Of a stretch of DNA of 64,000 nucleotides, positions 19,901-28,942 are shown piece after piece. Location of the stretch: positions 2,323-66,322 of the IMG/VR virus record IMGVR_UViG_3300009180_003294; one strand, given 5' to 3'. The notes below the pieces were generated by a model. The model ran no database searches. It was given only the letters and a program-made list of their open reading frames with translations, and was not told where the DNA came from. The DNA is from a virus. Each line of letters starts with the position of its first letter. The first letter of the stretch is position 1. Both the position numbers and the translations under genes were made by a program.

Positions 19901-22220
19901 CCCAGGCCCCACAGATGTGAGTAAAGCTAGAGTTACTTGTAATTTCCCTCACAGAGCAGAAGTTGGCGATTATGTATTAATTATTAACGCAAGCTCTGTA
20001 AATTCCTCAGTCAATGGTATATGGCGTGTAGATTCCATTGAGAATAATTTTGGATTTTATATTAACACTAGAGTCACAGAAGCTATTACCACAGGTAAAG
20101 TATTTGCATTTAAGCCAATTAGATTTAAAAATCTTGCTGAATTAAATGCTGCCACTGGTGCAAATGCAGGAACATACGGGTATGCGTGGAAGAGAAAATA
20201 TAATCCTTTTAGCAACGTGATAGGTACTACTAATTTTACATTACCGATTACTCCCAGCAAATATAATGCCGCTTTTCCTATTGCAATCATCGATGACGGC
20301 ATGGGCAATAGCAAGGGCGACGTCAGCTTTGACTTTGGAAACTATAAAGTCTACGAAATAATTCAAACTGATGTCATTAGAAAAACAGTTGTTAAAACCG
20401 ATTCACTGCCATTAGACCTCAGTGACATAGAACATTTGATAATCTACGACTATGATTCCAATAAAGTCATGGCCAAGTTAGAATTATTCGATCCTAGAAA
20501 AATGTATCTACCAAAAGCGTTTAAAGACGACATAGAAGTTATAAGTCGTGTGGATCCTGCAAAATATACTCGCACTACAGATGAATATAAGAGTGCTTAT
20601 GCAAGTCTCGGCTGGTATGAAGAATATGTGGGACGCCGCTGGTGGGATACCAGTACTACACAGTTCAGTGACTATGAAAGTGGCGACGCATTGACAAGAG
20701 CAAGATATTGGGGAACAACTGTTGACAGTAAACTACCAGATATCTATGAATGGACCAAAAGCCCGGTGCATCCCACACAATGGAATAAGTTAGTAGAAGC
20801 CAAAGGCACTGCATTTGGTCAACGTGCTTCGGGTGAAGTTTATGTTGACACTACTTCTGGAAAAGATAATTACCACTGGGTTGAAGAACAAGATTATGTC
20901 AACGGTAATACTTATAATGTGTTTTATTTCTGGGTAAAGAACAAAGACACTATCAGTCCAGAAAGCAAAGCTGTGAGAATTTATTCTACTAAACAGTTGA
21001 GTAAAATAATATTAAATCCAAGTGCAGCCGGCTTGGCATGGTGGGCACCTATTAACAGTAACAGCATTATGCTAAAAGGTGTTGAACATCTTTTAAATAA
21101 TTCCAGCACAGTAGTTCAAATCAAGAAGAAATTAAAAGGCGAAGAAAAACATCAACAATGGTTATTTGTGTCTGAAGCAAACACTTCTGAAACCATACCG
21201 CAGTGGATACACACACGTTTTCGAGACAGTATTGCTGGTGGCATACACTACGAATTAACACATGAAGGCATTGATTATTCTGTGACTACAAATGTTCCGG
21301 ATGCTGCCAAGTTGCATAGATATTCTCGAGCAGGAAACACTATTAGACCATACCCACAGAGTTGGTTCAGTGATATCTACGAAGCAAGAAGAACATTTAT
21401 TAAAAAAACAAATCAGTTATTATTAAACGTTGACATCAGTTCCTTGCCAAATTGGGGAGACATTTTAAATCAAACTGCGTATTCATTGTTTGATAATATA
21501 TACGACATGACCAGCTATTGGACATTTGTAGATTACCAAAGCGAAGACTATGATCCTACAAAAGAAATATCCTTGACTATATCCAAATTAGCTGAAATTT
21601 ATACATCTTATGTAACAGCGAATTCATATATCAAAGTATTGGAAGATAATTCTATATATGAAAAAGATGTTGCTGGAGGATTCAAAGTAGTTTATAGAAC
21701 TGCTGATAAAACAAATCAACGTGGTGCCATTAAACTCAGCGACGAATTGTTTGATCCCAAAGGCACATGGGATGGCTCTAAATGGGACGCAATTAACATT
21801 CCATGGGACTTTGACTTCTGCAATGTATTTTATGCAATAACAGAAGCACTGCGAAATAATCTTTTTGTAGATACATACAAAGTCGGTTATTCTAAAATGA
21901 TGTGTGCCATGTTTAGGTATGTGTTAAGCGAACAAACTAATGTAGATTGGCTACAAAAGTCCAGCACAATAGAACCTATTAATTTAATAAACAAGGTCTT
22001 GGATAAAACAAATACACTTCGTCGTGATGATATTGACGTATTTTTAAACTTTTATACCAGTGTAAAAAGTTATAGAGATAAAATTCGAAGTTCCACAGTT
22101 AATAAACAATTGATAGAAAATACCAATTTGTCCATGGATGAAACATTGTCGATAGAAGACACTGAAATTAACATTGGATATGGCGGCGAACTTGCCGGAG
22201 AAGGCACTGTCTTTAACTAA
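13965..22220 (+). CDS. Very large virion structural protein (baseplate wedge/tail associated)
   Basis: 2751-aa ORF coupled to gp6 by ATGA. N-terminal 'NLLPQVF.TEPNKKML' is similar to wedge-type proteins. Trp-Asp rich segments. Confidence 0.7.
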   Translation: MSKQTKKPAELAAKKVKNINLLPQVFVTEPNKKMLDSSLDLMTSKGQLSNFKETLGLRSATNGVTEFFKVESNEVRRESQANNMLVMRDGEDAYLGKASYLDIENYFRVKGLELKDGIQLDKDINILDLPIISARLSDYHLYYWVANDLPAMRLHFAEAVGGGNKFSMATDVIGKPSVTLVDDETGKSLTLQNGMVVYFTGFVDSDYKTDDIDDPKTYFVTGTGENISLLRTTNIDKRIPNSYLKKRPWDKSDPLVDAPAIKWDSELWDGSQIVTSEPEYITMDKYIANENHWGVIDHWYHINLIKTVADFLDVSVNNIVTEANKAKRPIITFNRHTKLYNWPNNLRTAVSTMLTGQVSDYTGKAGIKDLYGYTLVNGDRLVFEESPGIYTVSNPDTNASFVQTTSTVTGDGALVAVDSDIRYYRLIYKNNRWQFAQNKTTKNQCPRFEFYTSNDEHLETFNEIDYKGGVILDFAPGPVYDYTLDRSIQVSSIDFDIINENNSLNISPNQIKFTTDIDKMFSYNDEITGEEIEIKGPFGYKYLSASAISFYQPRRGLDITKQTQDLFYNDNTETQWSEEIIPTANGFDTIHIFYDETEKLKFYFNVQGHGLIRFSSKRGFHNLEQVMPLISGSNFKIVCHDLPYPITFYRTEVIDNISRPVLLEEPYCFNNGVSNGVIELDLSASILEDSSYIDNLLNIDTTRLFWTANNITKSAIIRPVNKWRFLQFAYLRDKTNPIYESYDYTISDITLEDGSLSYYQQLISTPILNQKSKYGDKICLDTLISDPVSKTAPLSLTTNPLNAKLNVINYYSLYQHTINLKSNASNAKEALQTDPSLIISGMGGGTLLKHNSPLAKAAIVATNLPYDFSEIIIKQGKHYDSFLNKLTFELQQVIDKNNTSIMSSLDILNLAVSNIFLNQTNNENFWYHSNMLGWGNSINYIEKKITVTNVFAIPLDNGLSLIDHGAGKETILHLIADNKLLTRGVDYTLSSSEDYYTSIVLDNKFANTELTIRQWTDEFNSKIPASLAKIGLNPVYQPEIYADTSYADTKYFLCRHDGTRLYLEDGVDENNYPNNSIEQLLFEYEKAVWSSIAYDIENNSNASLLEDQPGYFRSGRYTWSEIRTVVNSEVLSWMAENNIFTMSNDTYSEADPFTYTYQLGSDDGNTTMTGSWRAIYKYLYDTDRPHSHPWEMLGHTLKPTWWDTYYSWTDSAKRTALEKALRTGNTNTPTQPKTNPFFARVRNVDDIETFPVDSAGKLLAPTELLWLDAEPLNSGNWVVGEQGPFETVFLNTQRGLAAEAKLKFLASPARYVNTNWVPGQLTTNKWGIKLDSTSKFWQTSNIEHNYHRKVVNGVITYTAGIESLYAEFCALNNRDFKSTVIDKFNNLAVNKEFLLGGFSNKNNIRIESTSIASQRKTLFVPEENYAVRLIKHYSDREIFYSAMRIIWNGTSYSVHGFANEQGYFNYFTPVANSGVTAKTIGNIVVKEKNVYSNELTSLTYGQEFASRQEIYDIIVGYGKYLESQGFKFEEVESYDLRNWQLSASQFIYWSNEIIAPGNYIDLNPAASGIVLTMPRGQLENLEGTNENVGQCVDRKNKPLFSKDLLVERSDNITVKTKDTGNPIYGIKLTFATYESVVHLDSISVFNDIYFLPDQCTTKRSFVIGGKKSQIWDGKYFVPGYVVSDDSIIPNYDTFSEVGRNLLDIENVVDDKTILAASRAQFGLTRNPELRQLFLQEETETLFKNAITYTKGTKQVFAGLEPLTHSDGSSTKPLEEYMVRIGEFGNTKNIEFYEFELASDDLARNPQVISFVADNDDRVSPYIHYITDNSQKWVHKPYRKNLTFKPLDRTYTDLKTSGPVIEGDTNFSVATLDDLPALYSDFSELYNIESYSANKSYKKNSQVRYNGFLYYSITTVSPNTWTNNSDKFTRINEPFLPNIFVANYNKPNPNLLGTSNSMFTPGTWQVLQTIDRNIAVTEICPGPTDVSKARVTCNFPHRAEVGDYVLIINASSVNSSVNGIWRVDSIENNFGFYINTRVTEAITTGKVFAFKPIRFKNLAELNAATGANAGTYGYAWKRKYNPFSNVIGTTNFTLPITPSKYNAAFPIAIIDDGMGNSKGDVSFDFGNYKVYEIIQTDVIRKTVVKTDSLPLDLSDIEHLIIYDYDSNKVMAKLELFDPRKMYLPKAFKDDIEVISRVDPAKYTRTTDEYKSAYASLGWYEEYVGRRWWDTSTTQFSDYESGDALTRARYWGTTVDSKLPDIYEWTKSPVHPTQWNKLVEAKGTAFGQRASGEVYVDTTSGKDNYHWVEEQDYVNGNTYNVFYFWVKNKDTISPESKAVRIYSTKQLSKIILNPSAAGLAWWAPINSNSIMLKGVEHLLNNSSTVVQIKKKLKGEEKHQQWLFVSEANTSETIPQWIHTRFRDSIAGGIHYELTHEGIDYSVTTNVPDAAKLHRYSRAGNTIRPYPQSWFSDIYEARRTFIKKTNQLLLNVDISSLPNWGDILNQTAYSLFDNIYDMTSYWTFVDYQSEDYDPTKEISLTISKLAEIYTSYVTANSYIKVLEDNSIYEKDVAGGFKVVYRTADKTNQRGAIKLSDELFDPKGTWDGSKWDAINIPWDFDFCNVFYAITEALRNNLFVDTYKVGYSKMMCAMFRYVLSEQTNVDWLQKSSTIEPINLINKVLDKTNTLRRDDIDVFLNFYTSVKSYRDKIRSSTVNKQLIENTNLSMDETLSIEDTEINIGYGGELAGEGTVFN

Positions 22221-22261
22221 GTAGTTAAAAAAACAGTTAAATATAGTATACAGGAAATAAA

Positions 22262-22873
22262 ATGATAGATTCGACAAATATTAACATCGATGGTCACGTA
22301 AAGATTTGGGATCCAAAGACTCAAGAAGTCTTTGTCAGTGAGCATAACGCAATTAATCCTGAGACAATGACGTTGATTATTGCCACTATGTTACAAGGAA
22401 ACAATAATTCTTATGTATATGAAATGCATTTCGGCAACGGTGGCTTGATCATAGACGAAACTGGAAACATCACTTACAACGATGTCACTGATAATTTATC
22501 CACAGGTTTAGAAGCAGGACTGTATAATCCAACGTATTTCAAAGTTGTTGACAAAGTCGACACTGCAAACAACTCTGATATTATTAATAACAATGTGGTG
22601 GTAAATCATACAACTGGTTTAAACTACACCGATTTAGTGGTTACATGTACGCTGGAAGAAAATGAACCAAATGCAGACAGCGACGATAGTTTAGTGGTCA
22701 GCCCTGAAGAATACAACGGAGATTATATTTTTAACGAATTAGGCTTAAAAAGCCGCGGCAGTAATGGAAAAAACTCAGGATATTTGCTGAGTCATATTGT
22801 GTTTGACCCAGTGCAAAAGTCCGCAAATAGAGTAATACAGATTGTCTATACTTTAAGAATTAGACTAAACTAA
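22262..22873 (+). CDS. Baseplate / tail-fibre attachment protein
   Basis: 'IFNELGL...LLSHIVFDPVQKSANRVIQIVYTLRI' resembles tail-collar/baseplate proteins. Synteny supports this. Confidence 0.6.
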   Translation: MIDSTNINIDGHVKIWDPKTQEVFVSEHNAINPETMTLIIATMLQGNNNSYVYEMHFGNGGLIIDETGNITYNDVTDNLSTGLEAGLYNPTYFKVVDKVDTANNSDIINNNVVVNHTTGLNYTDLVVTCTLEENEPNADSDDSLVVSPEEYNGDYIFNELGLKSRGSNGKNSGYLLSHIVFDPVQKSANRVIQIVYTLRIRLN

Positions 22874-22908
22874 AATAGATAAATAATGCAACAAAGGAAT
22901 TTTTAAGA

Positions 22909-23847
22909 ATGGCATATGATGTTACAAAAACAGACGGAACACGATTAGCTATTGTACGCGATAGGGAAATAGATACCAGTACTCCCATTAAACTGCTGGG
23001 TAAAAATTATTCTGCTTATGGCGAAATAATGGCAGAAAACCTAGTTCAAATGTTAGAGCACTTCAGCAATCCAGTTGCTCCAACAAACCCAATTACCGGT
23101 CAATTTTGGTGGAACAGCAATACACGAGTTGTCAGCGTCTATGACGGCGTAAAATGGAATCCCATTGGCGGAACAGATTTAATAGGCGGTCCAGTAGACG
23201 GATTCAGTACAGCACTAATTAAAGACGTTGCAGGAATTTTTCACCGTGCTATTAAAATTCACGTCGGAGCTTCATTAAATGCAACCGTGGGCACAATAGT
23301 TGCTATTATCAGCAGTGAAGCTGCCACTTATACCCCACATGCAGATACCGGACTACAAAATAGATTTCCAACTATTGGCTGTGGCATTAACATGAATGAC
23401 GGTCGAGATGTTGGTTCTGAATATGGTAACTTTAAAATACGTGGCCGTGCAATGGAAGCAGAATTTGCTGACATGGCAGAAATATACAGAAGTGACGTTG
23501 AGCTAGTCCCAGGTAATATTGTTCGTCTTGGCGGCGAATTAGAAATTACTAAAACAATTAAAGCCTATGACGAAGAAGTATTTGGTATTATATCAACTGC
23601 TCCTGGCTTCTTACTAAACAGCAAAATGAAAATGCAGGAAAATGCTTATCCTGTGGCATTGAAAGGTCGAGTACCTTGTTTAGTAACGGGCACAGTTCGA
23701 AAAGGTCAGCGTATTGTATCCAGTGAGATACAGGGCGTGGGAATGGCTACAAATGAATATAATCCTATAAACATTATCGGCAGAGCATTAAACGATAAAA
23801 CCAGCAGCGGCATTAGCGCAGTAGAAGTAGCTGTCGGAGTAAGATAA
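22909..23847 (+). CDS. Tail fibre-like protein with C-terminal peptidase G2/IMC-like chaperone domain
   Basis: N-terminal 'LLGKNYSAYGEIMAENLVQMLEHFS...P.NPITGQFWW'. C-terminal 'ADMAEIY...GIISTAPGFLLN...PVALKGRVPC'. Confidence 0.7.
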   Translation: MAYDVTKTDGTRLAIVRDREIDTSTPIKLLGKNYSAYGEIMAENLVQMLEHFSNPVAPTNPITGQFWWNSNTRVVSVYDGVKWNPIGGTDLIGGPVDGFSTALIKDVAGIFHRAIKIHVGASLNATVGTIVAIISSEAATYTPHADTGLQNRFPTIGCGINMNDGRDVGSEYGNFKIRGRAMEAEFADMAEIYRSDVELVPGNIVRLGGELEITKTIKAYDEEVFGIISTAPGFLLNSKMKMQENAYPVALKGRVPCLVTGTVRKGQRIVSSEIQGVGMATNEYNPINIIGRALNDKTSSGISAVEVAVGVR

Positions 23848-23848
23848 A

Positions 23849-24898
23849 TTGGCATCAAAAGGGCAATTAATCACAGCCAGTGACTATAATTTGTTGGTTA
23901 ATAATACCAACAAAGTTTTTGCCGACATTTATCCCAGTAGTATTCCCAGAACAGTATTAGCTGATAAAATTAGACAGGGTTATGGATGGGGAAACACATC
24001 TGCTAGTTTAGCCAACACCGGAACAAAAATTACGGCAGCACTGGTCAATGAAATGATTGACCGTATTAATTTAGGCGCTGAACACACAGGTAGTGTCTAC
24101 GAATTAGATCGTGTTATAATCGGACAAAAGATCACTGCCAGTATTTGGAATGATATAGAAACAGTGTCATCTGATGTTGACACAAGACATAATTTATCAG
24201 CCATTGGACAACGGGCATTGGCTACTTTGGGAAACATTCCAAGAAACACACCATGGAATTCTAACTTAACATACACTGTGACTTTAAATTTTCAAAATTA
24301 TGACAAAGCCCGTTATTTCTTCAACAGTGACAGTAGCATTAATTTAAGTTTAACAGGCACCGGATCCGGAGCGTCTGGATTATGGCAATCAGTGTACGCT
24401 AGATTTGGAGTTGTTAGTGTGAAATTAACCAACACAGTTTCAACTACTGCAAATATTATCAGCGAAAATAAAGGCTTTAGAGACTTGAACTCTACAGAGC
24501 AGTTATTACTAACTTGTAACAGTTCAGGCGGCGGCGGGTATGGCTACGGATATGGCTACGGATATGGCTACGGATATGGCTACGGCAATGGCGGCGGCTA
24601 TGGATATGGTAATGGCGGTGGTTATGGATATGGCAATGGCTACGGATATGGCTACGGTTATGGTGGCAGTAGAAGAAGTATACGAGTGTATGGTTCAATT
24701 GTAGCGGCAAACGGAAACTATACAACAGGACCAGTTCAGTTGGTATTGCGGGTCGTGTTACATAGCGCGGATTCAACGGAAGTAAATGGAATTCATACCT
24801 TGCACGTTGAAAGTAATAAAGCTACTACAAAATCCAGTGGCAGTGCAACATTCTCGATTGCCCAGCCTGCCTTTTCTGGAATAGCTACTTCTCCTTAA
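23849..24898 (+). CDS. Putative virion fibre/structural protein with internal Gly-Tyr repeat
   Basis: TTG start. Repeated 'G.KITA' motifs and 'ARYFFNS' resemble phage structural proteins. Last gene of the structural run. Contains a 47-aa G/Y/N tract. Confidence 0.65.
   Translation: MASKGQLITASDYNLLVNNTNKVFADIYPSSIPRTVLADKIRQGYGWGNTSASLANTGTKITAALVNEMIDRINLGAEHTGSVYELDRVIIGQKITASIWNDIETVSSDVDTRHNLSAIGQRALATLGNIPRNTPWNSNLTYTVTLNFQNYDKARYFFNSDSSINLSLTGTGSGASGLWQSVYARFGVVSVKLTNTVSTTANIISENKGFRDLNSTEQLLLTCNSSGGGGYGYGYGYGYGYGYGYGNGGGYGYGNGGGYGYGNGYGYGYGYGGSRRSIRVYGSIVAANGNYTTGPVQLVLRVVLHSADSTEVNGIHTLHVESNKATTKSSGSATFSIAQPAFSGIATSP
24527..24667 (+). repeat. Low-complexity coding repeat GGGG(YG)8NGGG(YG)2NGGG(YG)2NG(YG)4G
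   Basis: Tandem TATGGCTACGGA units from about 24539 and degenerate copies, encoding 16 Tyr-Gly pairs. Confidence 0.95.
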
Positions 24899-24916
24899 AA
24901 TATTTCATTTTGCTAC

Positions 24917-24924
24917 TATAAATA
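24917..24924 (+). promoter_or_regulatory. T4-type late promoter motif TATAAATA heading the enzyme island
   Basis: Exact TATAAATA in the 54-nt intergenic gap, with a GGAG RBS before ATG 24953. Confidence 0.65.
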
Positions 24925-24952
24925 CATTATACTAGTATATAATGGAGTCAAA

Positions 24953-25306
24953 ATGGATGACAAACTCAGAGAAGCGTTAGAGTTCAGTAACTATCGCTTA
25001 ACTTTAAACAATCAAAAACTAAACCTTAAACAGCGAATGAATACCATGTTAACCATTGGTTATTCAAATTCAATGTTTACAGCCACACTGGAACTAATCA
25101 ATTTTGTTCAGCACTTGTTAGATAGAAAAGTCGAACAATTTGTTTTTATAGATGACAATGAAAACCCAATACTAATAACAGCATTACAAGACTTTCATGT
25201 CAAGTTGTTCAGTGCATATACAGAAGCACTGAATGAGTATTACAACGACTACGAAAAACTAAAAAAGAAAAGGGACACTAAAGGATTGGTAGGTTTAGAT
25301 GTCTAA
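24953..25306 (+). CDS. Hypothetical protein (first gene of island)
   Basis: 117-aa ORF with RBS, overlapping the next gene. Confidence 0.7.
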   Translation: MDDKLREALEFSNYRLTLNNQKLNLKQRMNTMLTIGYSNSMFTATLELINFVQHLLDRKVEQFVFIDDNENPILITALQDFHVKLFSAYTEALNEYYNDYEKLKKKRDTKGLVGLDV

Positions 25307-26195
25307 ATTTGATAAAGGTGTTTTGCTGATTGCGTATAACAACGGCAAAATAGCCTACGAAAAATTAGCAATAATAGCGGCAGCAAATGTAAAACTGCAC
25401 ATGAAAAACAATCATGTCACTTTGCTCACAGATTTAAACACTCTCAATGCTTTAACTGCGGAACTCACTCCCGAGCAATTATCTCTTACATTTGATCATA
25501 TCATTGTGGAAGATATTCAGCACGAACGTAATACAAGAATGCACAGGGACAGTCCTTGGACAGAATTCAGCACACAGTTCAATAATAAAAATAAACACAG
25601 CATTTTTCAAAAAAGCCCTTACCGACAAACATTGATGATAGACGTTGACTACATTGTAGGCAATGACAGTTTAGATGCAGTGTTTGACACCGACTATGAA
25701 CTTGCAATGTACAAAGACGCTGTCAGTGTTCGTAATTACAAGCCCAGAATCTGGGAACAAAAATTGCATCCGGACGGTATAGACATGTGGTGGAGCACCG
25801 TTGTGTATTGGAGAAAAGACAGTGAAATCGCTCGCTTGTTCTTTGGCGTGTGGGAACATGTCAAAGAGAACTATCATTATTACAAGTGGTTATACAAGTT
25901 TCCCGGAGTGTTATTCAGAACAGACTATGCTGCCAGTATTGCCGCACATATCTTAAATGGACAAACAGTGGGAAATACAGTGGCAGTGCTGCCAGGAAAA
26001 GTAATGCGTTTCAGTGAGCAAATTGATGATATTGTAGAGTTTAAATCTCTCAATGACTACGTGTTATTATGTCCAGATCCCAAAGAGCTATGGAAAAATA
26101 TTTGCAGTAGAATAATAAATGAAAACATACACTTGATGAATAAAATGGCAATTTTAAGACACTACACTAAACTCAAGGAGTTGATTTATGAGTGA
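25299..26195 (+). CDS. Putative GT-A fold glycosyltransferase
   Basis: 'GVLLIAYNN...' start and 'SPYRQTLMIDVDY' DxD motif. Confidence 0.65.
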   Translation: MSKFDKGVLLIAYNNGKIAYEKLAIIAAANVKLHMKNNHVTLLTDLNTLNALTAELTPEQLSLTFDHIIVEDIQHERNTRMHRDSPWTEFSTQFNNKNKHSIFQKSPYRQTLMIDVDYIVGNDSLDAVFDTDYELAMYKDAVSVRNYKPRIWEQKLHPDGIDMWWSTVVYWRKDSEIARLFFGVWEHVKENYHYYKWLYKFPGVLFRTDYAASIAAHILNGQTVGNTVAVLPGKVMRFSEQIDDIVEFKSLNDYVLLCPDPKELWKNICSRIINENIHLMNKMAILRHYTKLKELIYE

Positions 26196-27003
26196 AGGTT
26201 ATTTAATAGTTAATGGAACTGTTGAAAACTCTACGGAAGTAAATCTATTAATAACCAGCATTAAAAAAATAGATCTCAATAGACCTGTCAGCGTCATTGT
26301 TAATAGCACAAATGCAAAATTTATAGAAGCAGACAATGTCATTTTTTTAGCGGAAAAAAATCCAACATTATGTTATTTCAAATCAATGTTAATGAGTCCG
26401 TATACCAAGACCATTGGATTACTGCCCGATCAATTGCTGACTTATTTTGATCTGGGAATATGGGAAAATCTGCGAAGTTTAGATCCCATTGTTCTTCCAA
26501 AGCATCGCTATTTGTTTAATAATGAAATCGTAGATCCTTTGATGTATAGTACTGCTGGCATCGAATTTAAAAATTTTGGAGTCAGCAGTATTCCAAATGC
26601 AATATTTTTTAACAAAGACAAGGGCTGTGATTACATATTTGGACTGGCCAGCGTTTTATGTTCTAGTTATGATCAAGATAATTATATAAAGTTTTTTGCA
26701 GATAAAGAACATGAAATGCCACCGTTTCCCAAATATATATGGCCTAGTTGGGTGCTATCCCTATTGCAGTCTATAACTGAGAAAAAAATATCAACTTTTG
26801 ATTTTATGCATTGTATAGATTTGTCTAAACAAGAAAATAATTACATTAATAACAATTGGACCAAGCGTTGGAGCGAATTTTTAACATACTGGGTCAATGA
26901 TGAATGTACTCTTAAAATTGAAAATTTTGTACAACATGGTTTGGTTAAATATGAATCCAAGGGCTGGCTCACTGATGAGATATTAGAAAATTTTAAAAAA
27001 TAA
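26188..27003 (+). CDS. Divergent glycosyltransferase-like paralog (DxD degenerate)
   Basis: 'EGYLIV...SPYTKTIGLLPDQL' aligns by eye with the preceding gene, but the first Asp of DxD is lost. Confidence 0.5.
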   Translation: MSEGYLIVNGTVENSTEVNLLITSIKKIDLNRPVSVIVNSTNAKFIEADNVIFLAEKNPTLCYFKSMLMSPYTKTIGLLPDQLLTYFDLGIWENLRSLDPIVLPKHRYLFNNEIVDPLMYSTAGIEFKNFGVSSIPNAIFFNKDKGCDYIFGLASVLCSSYDQDNYIKFFADKEHEMPPFPKYIWPSWVLSLLQSITEKKISTFDFMHCIDLSKQENNYINNNWTKRWSEFLTYWVNDECTLKIENFVQHGLVKYESKGWLTDEILENFKK

Positions 27004-27996
27004 ATGAGTGACTTCGTAAGTGACAAGGATGATCAAGTTGAAGAATTTGACATACAAAAAAGAGTTCTTAAAAGTAGAAATACAGATAAAGAACAACGAG
27101 TGTATGTTGAATATAATAGACTTACAGGTTTACCTGTTGTTGCTTCACCCATGGAAATTTTTCCATCAGAGAAAAGAAATTCTATAGCTGTCATAACTGC
27201 TTCTACACTGACAAAAAAATTATTCGAAAACAAATTATCACTGTCCAAGCTCATAGTTAAAAAAAATCAAACAACCAATGAATTTGAATTAACGCACAAC
27301 AAGCAACGCAGAAAAGGAGAATTTGATTTTATTTTCGCTACAAATGCAGAACGGTCTTTTATACACTTACACTGTGATGTAGTAACTAAAAAAATACAGC
27401 TAATTTTTGATTATAATATTTTTAAATTAAATATGTTATTGGAAAAAATCTCAGAAAAACACTTGGAAGAATTGCCTGATTACATAGAAATATATTGCAT
27501 TGATAAAAATGAAAGATCCAAGCTGTTTGGAAAATTTACAGTGTCTTCCAGGGAATTATTTGAAAAACATGACATCAGTTTTAAGTGTAGTTGGTTACCC
27601 GATGACGTGTCTGGATTAAAGAACATTGGATTTTTATATTACAACGACAACCAAATTATATCATACGACTATAAATCAAATGAAAACTTGGTTGCAGAAA
27701 ATAATTTAGATTATCTTCCAAATTTGCTTTACAAACAGGAAGGTAATATGTTAAAATTACAAAGTACAATACAAGACATCAACACGTTTAGATTAAATGA
27801 AGACATAGAATTATATATTTGTGAAAAACATGACCCGACAATGATGTTGGGTTCTATCAAGTTAAGTAGTAACCAACTTAACAACTATAATAATTTTGAG
27901 ATAAAATTAACAAGTGAAAAAGAAGTTAAATTAGTATGTAACTATTTTCATTTACATGCAAAGGAAGAAGATGCTAGCACCGATTACCAGTTTTGA
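27004..27996 (+). CDS. Hypothetical protein
   Basis: 330-aa ORF in the operon with no recognisable motif. Confidence 0.65.
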   Translation: MSDFVSDKDDQVEEFDIQKRVLKSRNTDKEQRVYVEYNRLTGLPVVASPMEIFPSEKRNSIAVITASTLTKKLFENKLSLSKLIVKKNQTTNEFELTHNKQRRKGEFDFIFATNAERSFIHLHCDVVTKKIQLIFDYNIFKLNMLLEKISEKHLEELPDYIEIYCIDKNERSKLFGKFTVSSRELFEKHDISFKCSWLPDDVSGLKNIGFLYYNDNQIISYDYKSNENLVAENNLDYLPNLLYKQEGNMLKLQSTIQDINTFRLNEDIELYICEKHDPTMMLGSIKLSSNQLNNYNNFEIKLTSEKEVKLVCNYFHLHAKEEDASTDYQF

Positions 27997-28941
27997 TATT
28001 ATATTTTTAAGCTACGACGAACCCAACGCTGATAAGAACTATTCTGATCTATGTAACAAAGCTCCTTGGGCCAAGCGTGTACATGGAGTAAAAGGCTTTG
28101 ATGCGGCACACAAAGCCGCTGCCGCTGCCGCTGAAACAGATAGATTCATTACAGTAGATGCAGATAACATTGTACGTGATGACTTTTTAAGCATTGAATT
28201 AGACATGTCGAAAATTAGTCGCCATGACGTTATATCATGGGCAGGCAAGAATGTTGTCAACGGACTAGTATATGGCAATGGTGGTATTAAACTTTGGCCC
28301 AAACATGTGGTAGAACAAATGCGTACACACGAAGCCGCAGAAGATCCCAAAGCACAAGTTGACTTTTGCTGGGACATTTACTATCATCAAATGAATAACA
28401 TCTACAGTGACGTTTTTAATAATGCCAGTGCTTACCAAGCATATCGTGCAGGCTTTCGAGAAGGTGTTAAACTAGCATTAGAAGGTGGCGTAACAGTGGA
28501 TCCTCGACAACTAAAACAGCGAGTACACGATAGAAACTATAAACGTTTATTAGTATGGCCAGTGTCGGCGCTGATGTGTACAATGGGCTATGGGCCATGT
28601 ATGGAACTAGATTGGGTTGCTACATGTCTAATATCGCCAGAAATGACTTTGATTTTACGTTGGTGCGTGATTTTGAATGGCATGATGATTTTTGGAAAAA
28701 TGCTGTTCAGCCCCGGTTTGCTGGAGAGTCAGAAAAATGTTTGACCAGCGGTTGGACATACGATAAGAAAAAACTACAAGACGAAATATTCAAACTGGGA
28801 GAATCATTGAGAACAAACCTAGGATTAGAGATTGCAGAACTTGACTATAACGGAAGTAAAATGTTCAAGGAAAGCTGGATTAACCCACCAAGACTTGGTG
28901 CACAGGTCAAAGAAAATCAAGTAGATAACTCAATAAATTAA
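27971..28941 (+). pseudogene. Frameshifted glycosyltransferase-like gene (DAD family, paralog of 41661..42665)
   Basis: ORF 27971-28744 matches the paralog up to 'KRLLVW'. Similarity continues in ORF 28555-28941 ('ASVGADVYNGLWAMYGTRLG' vs 'MSVGRDVENGDWVIYGARLG'). One base appears missing at about 28558. Confidence 0.75.
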
Positions 28942-28942
28942 T

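Noticed and set aside
24539-24590. Tandem 12-bp repeats as a CRISPR array or DGR repeat
   Set aside because: There are no unique spacers and no cas or reverse transcriptase gene. The repeats are in-frame coding units.
24492-24776. Minus-strand ORF with striking (RSHI)n / His-rich repeats
   Set aside because: It is the antisense shadow of the Tyr-Gly repeat, with no RBS or promoter, and lies inside a plus-strand gene.
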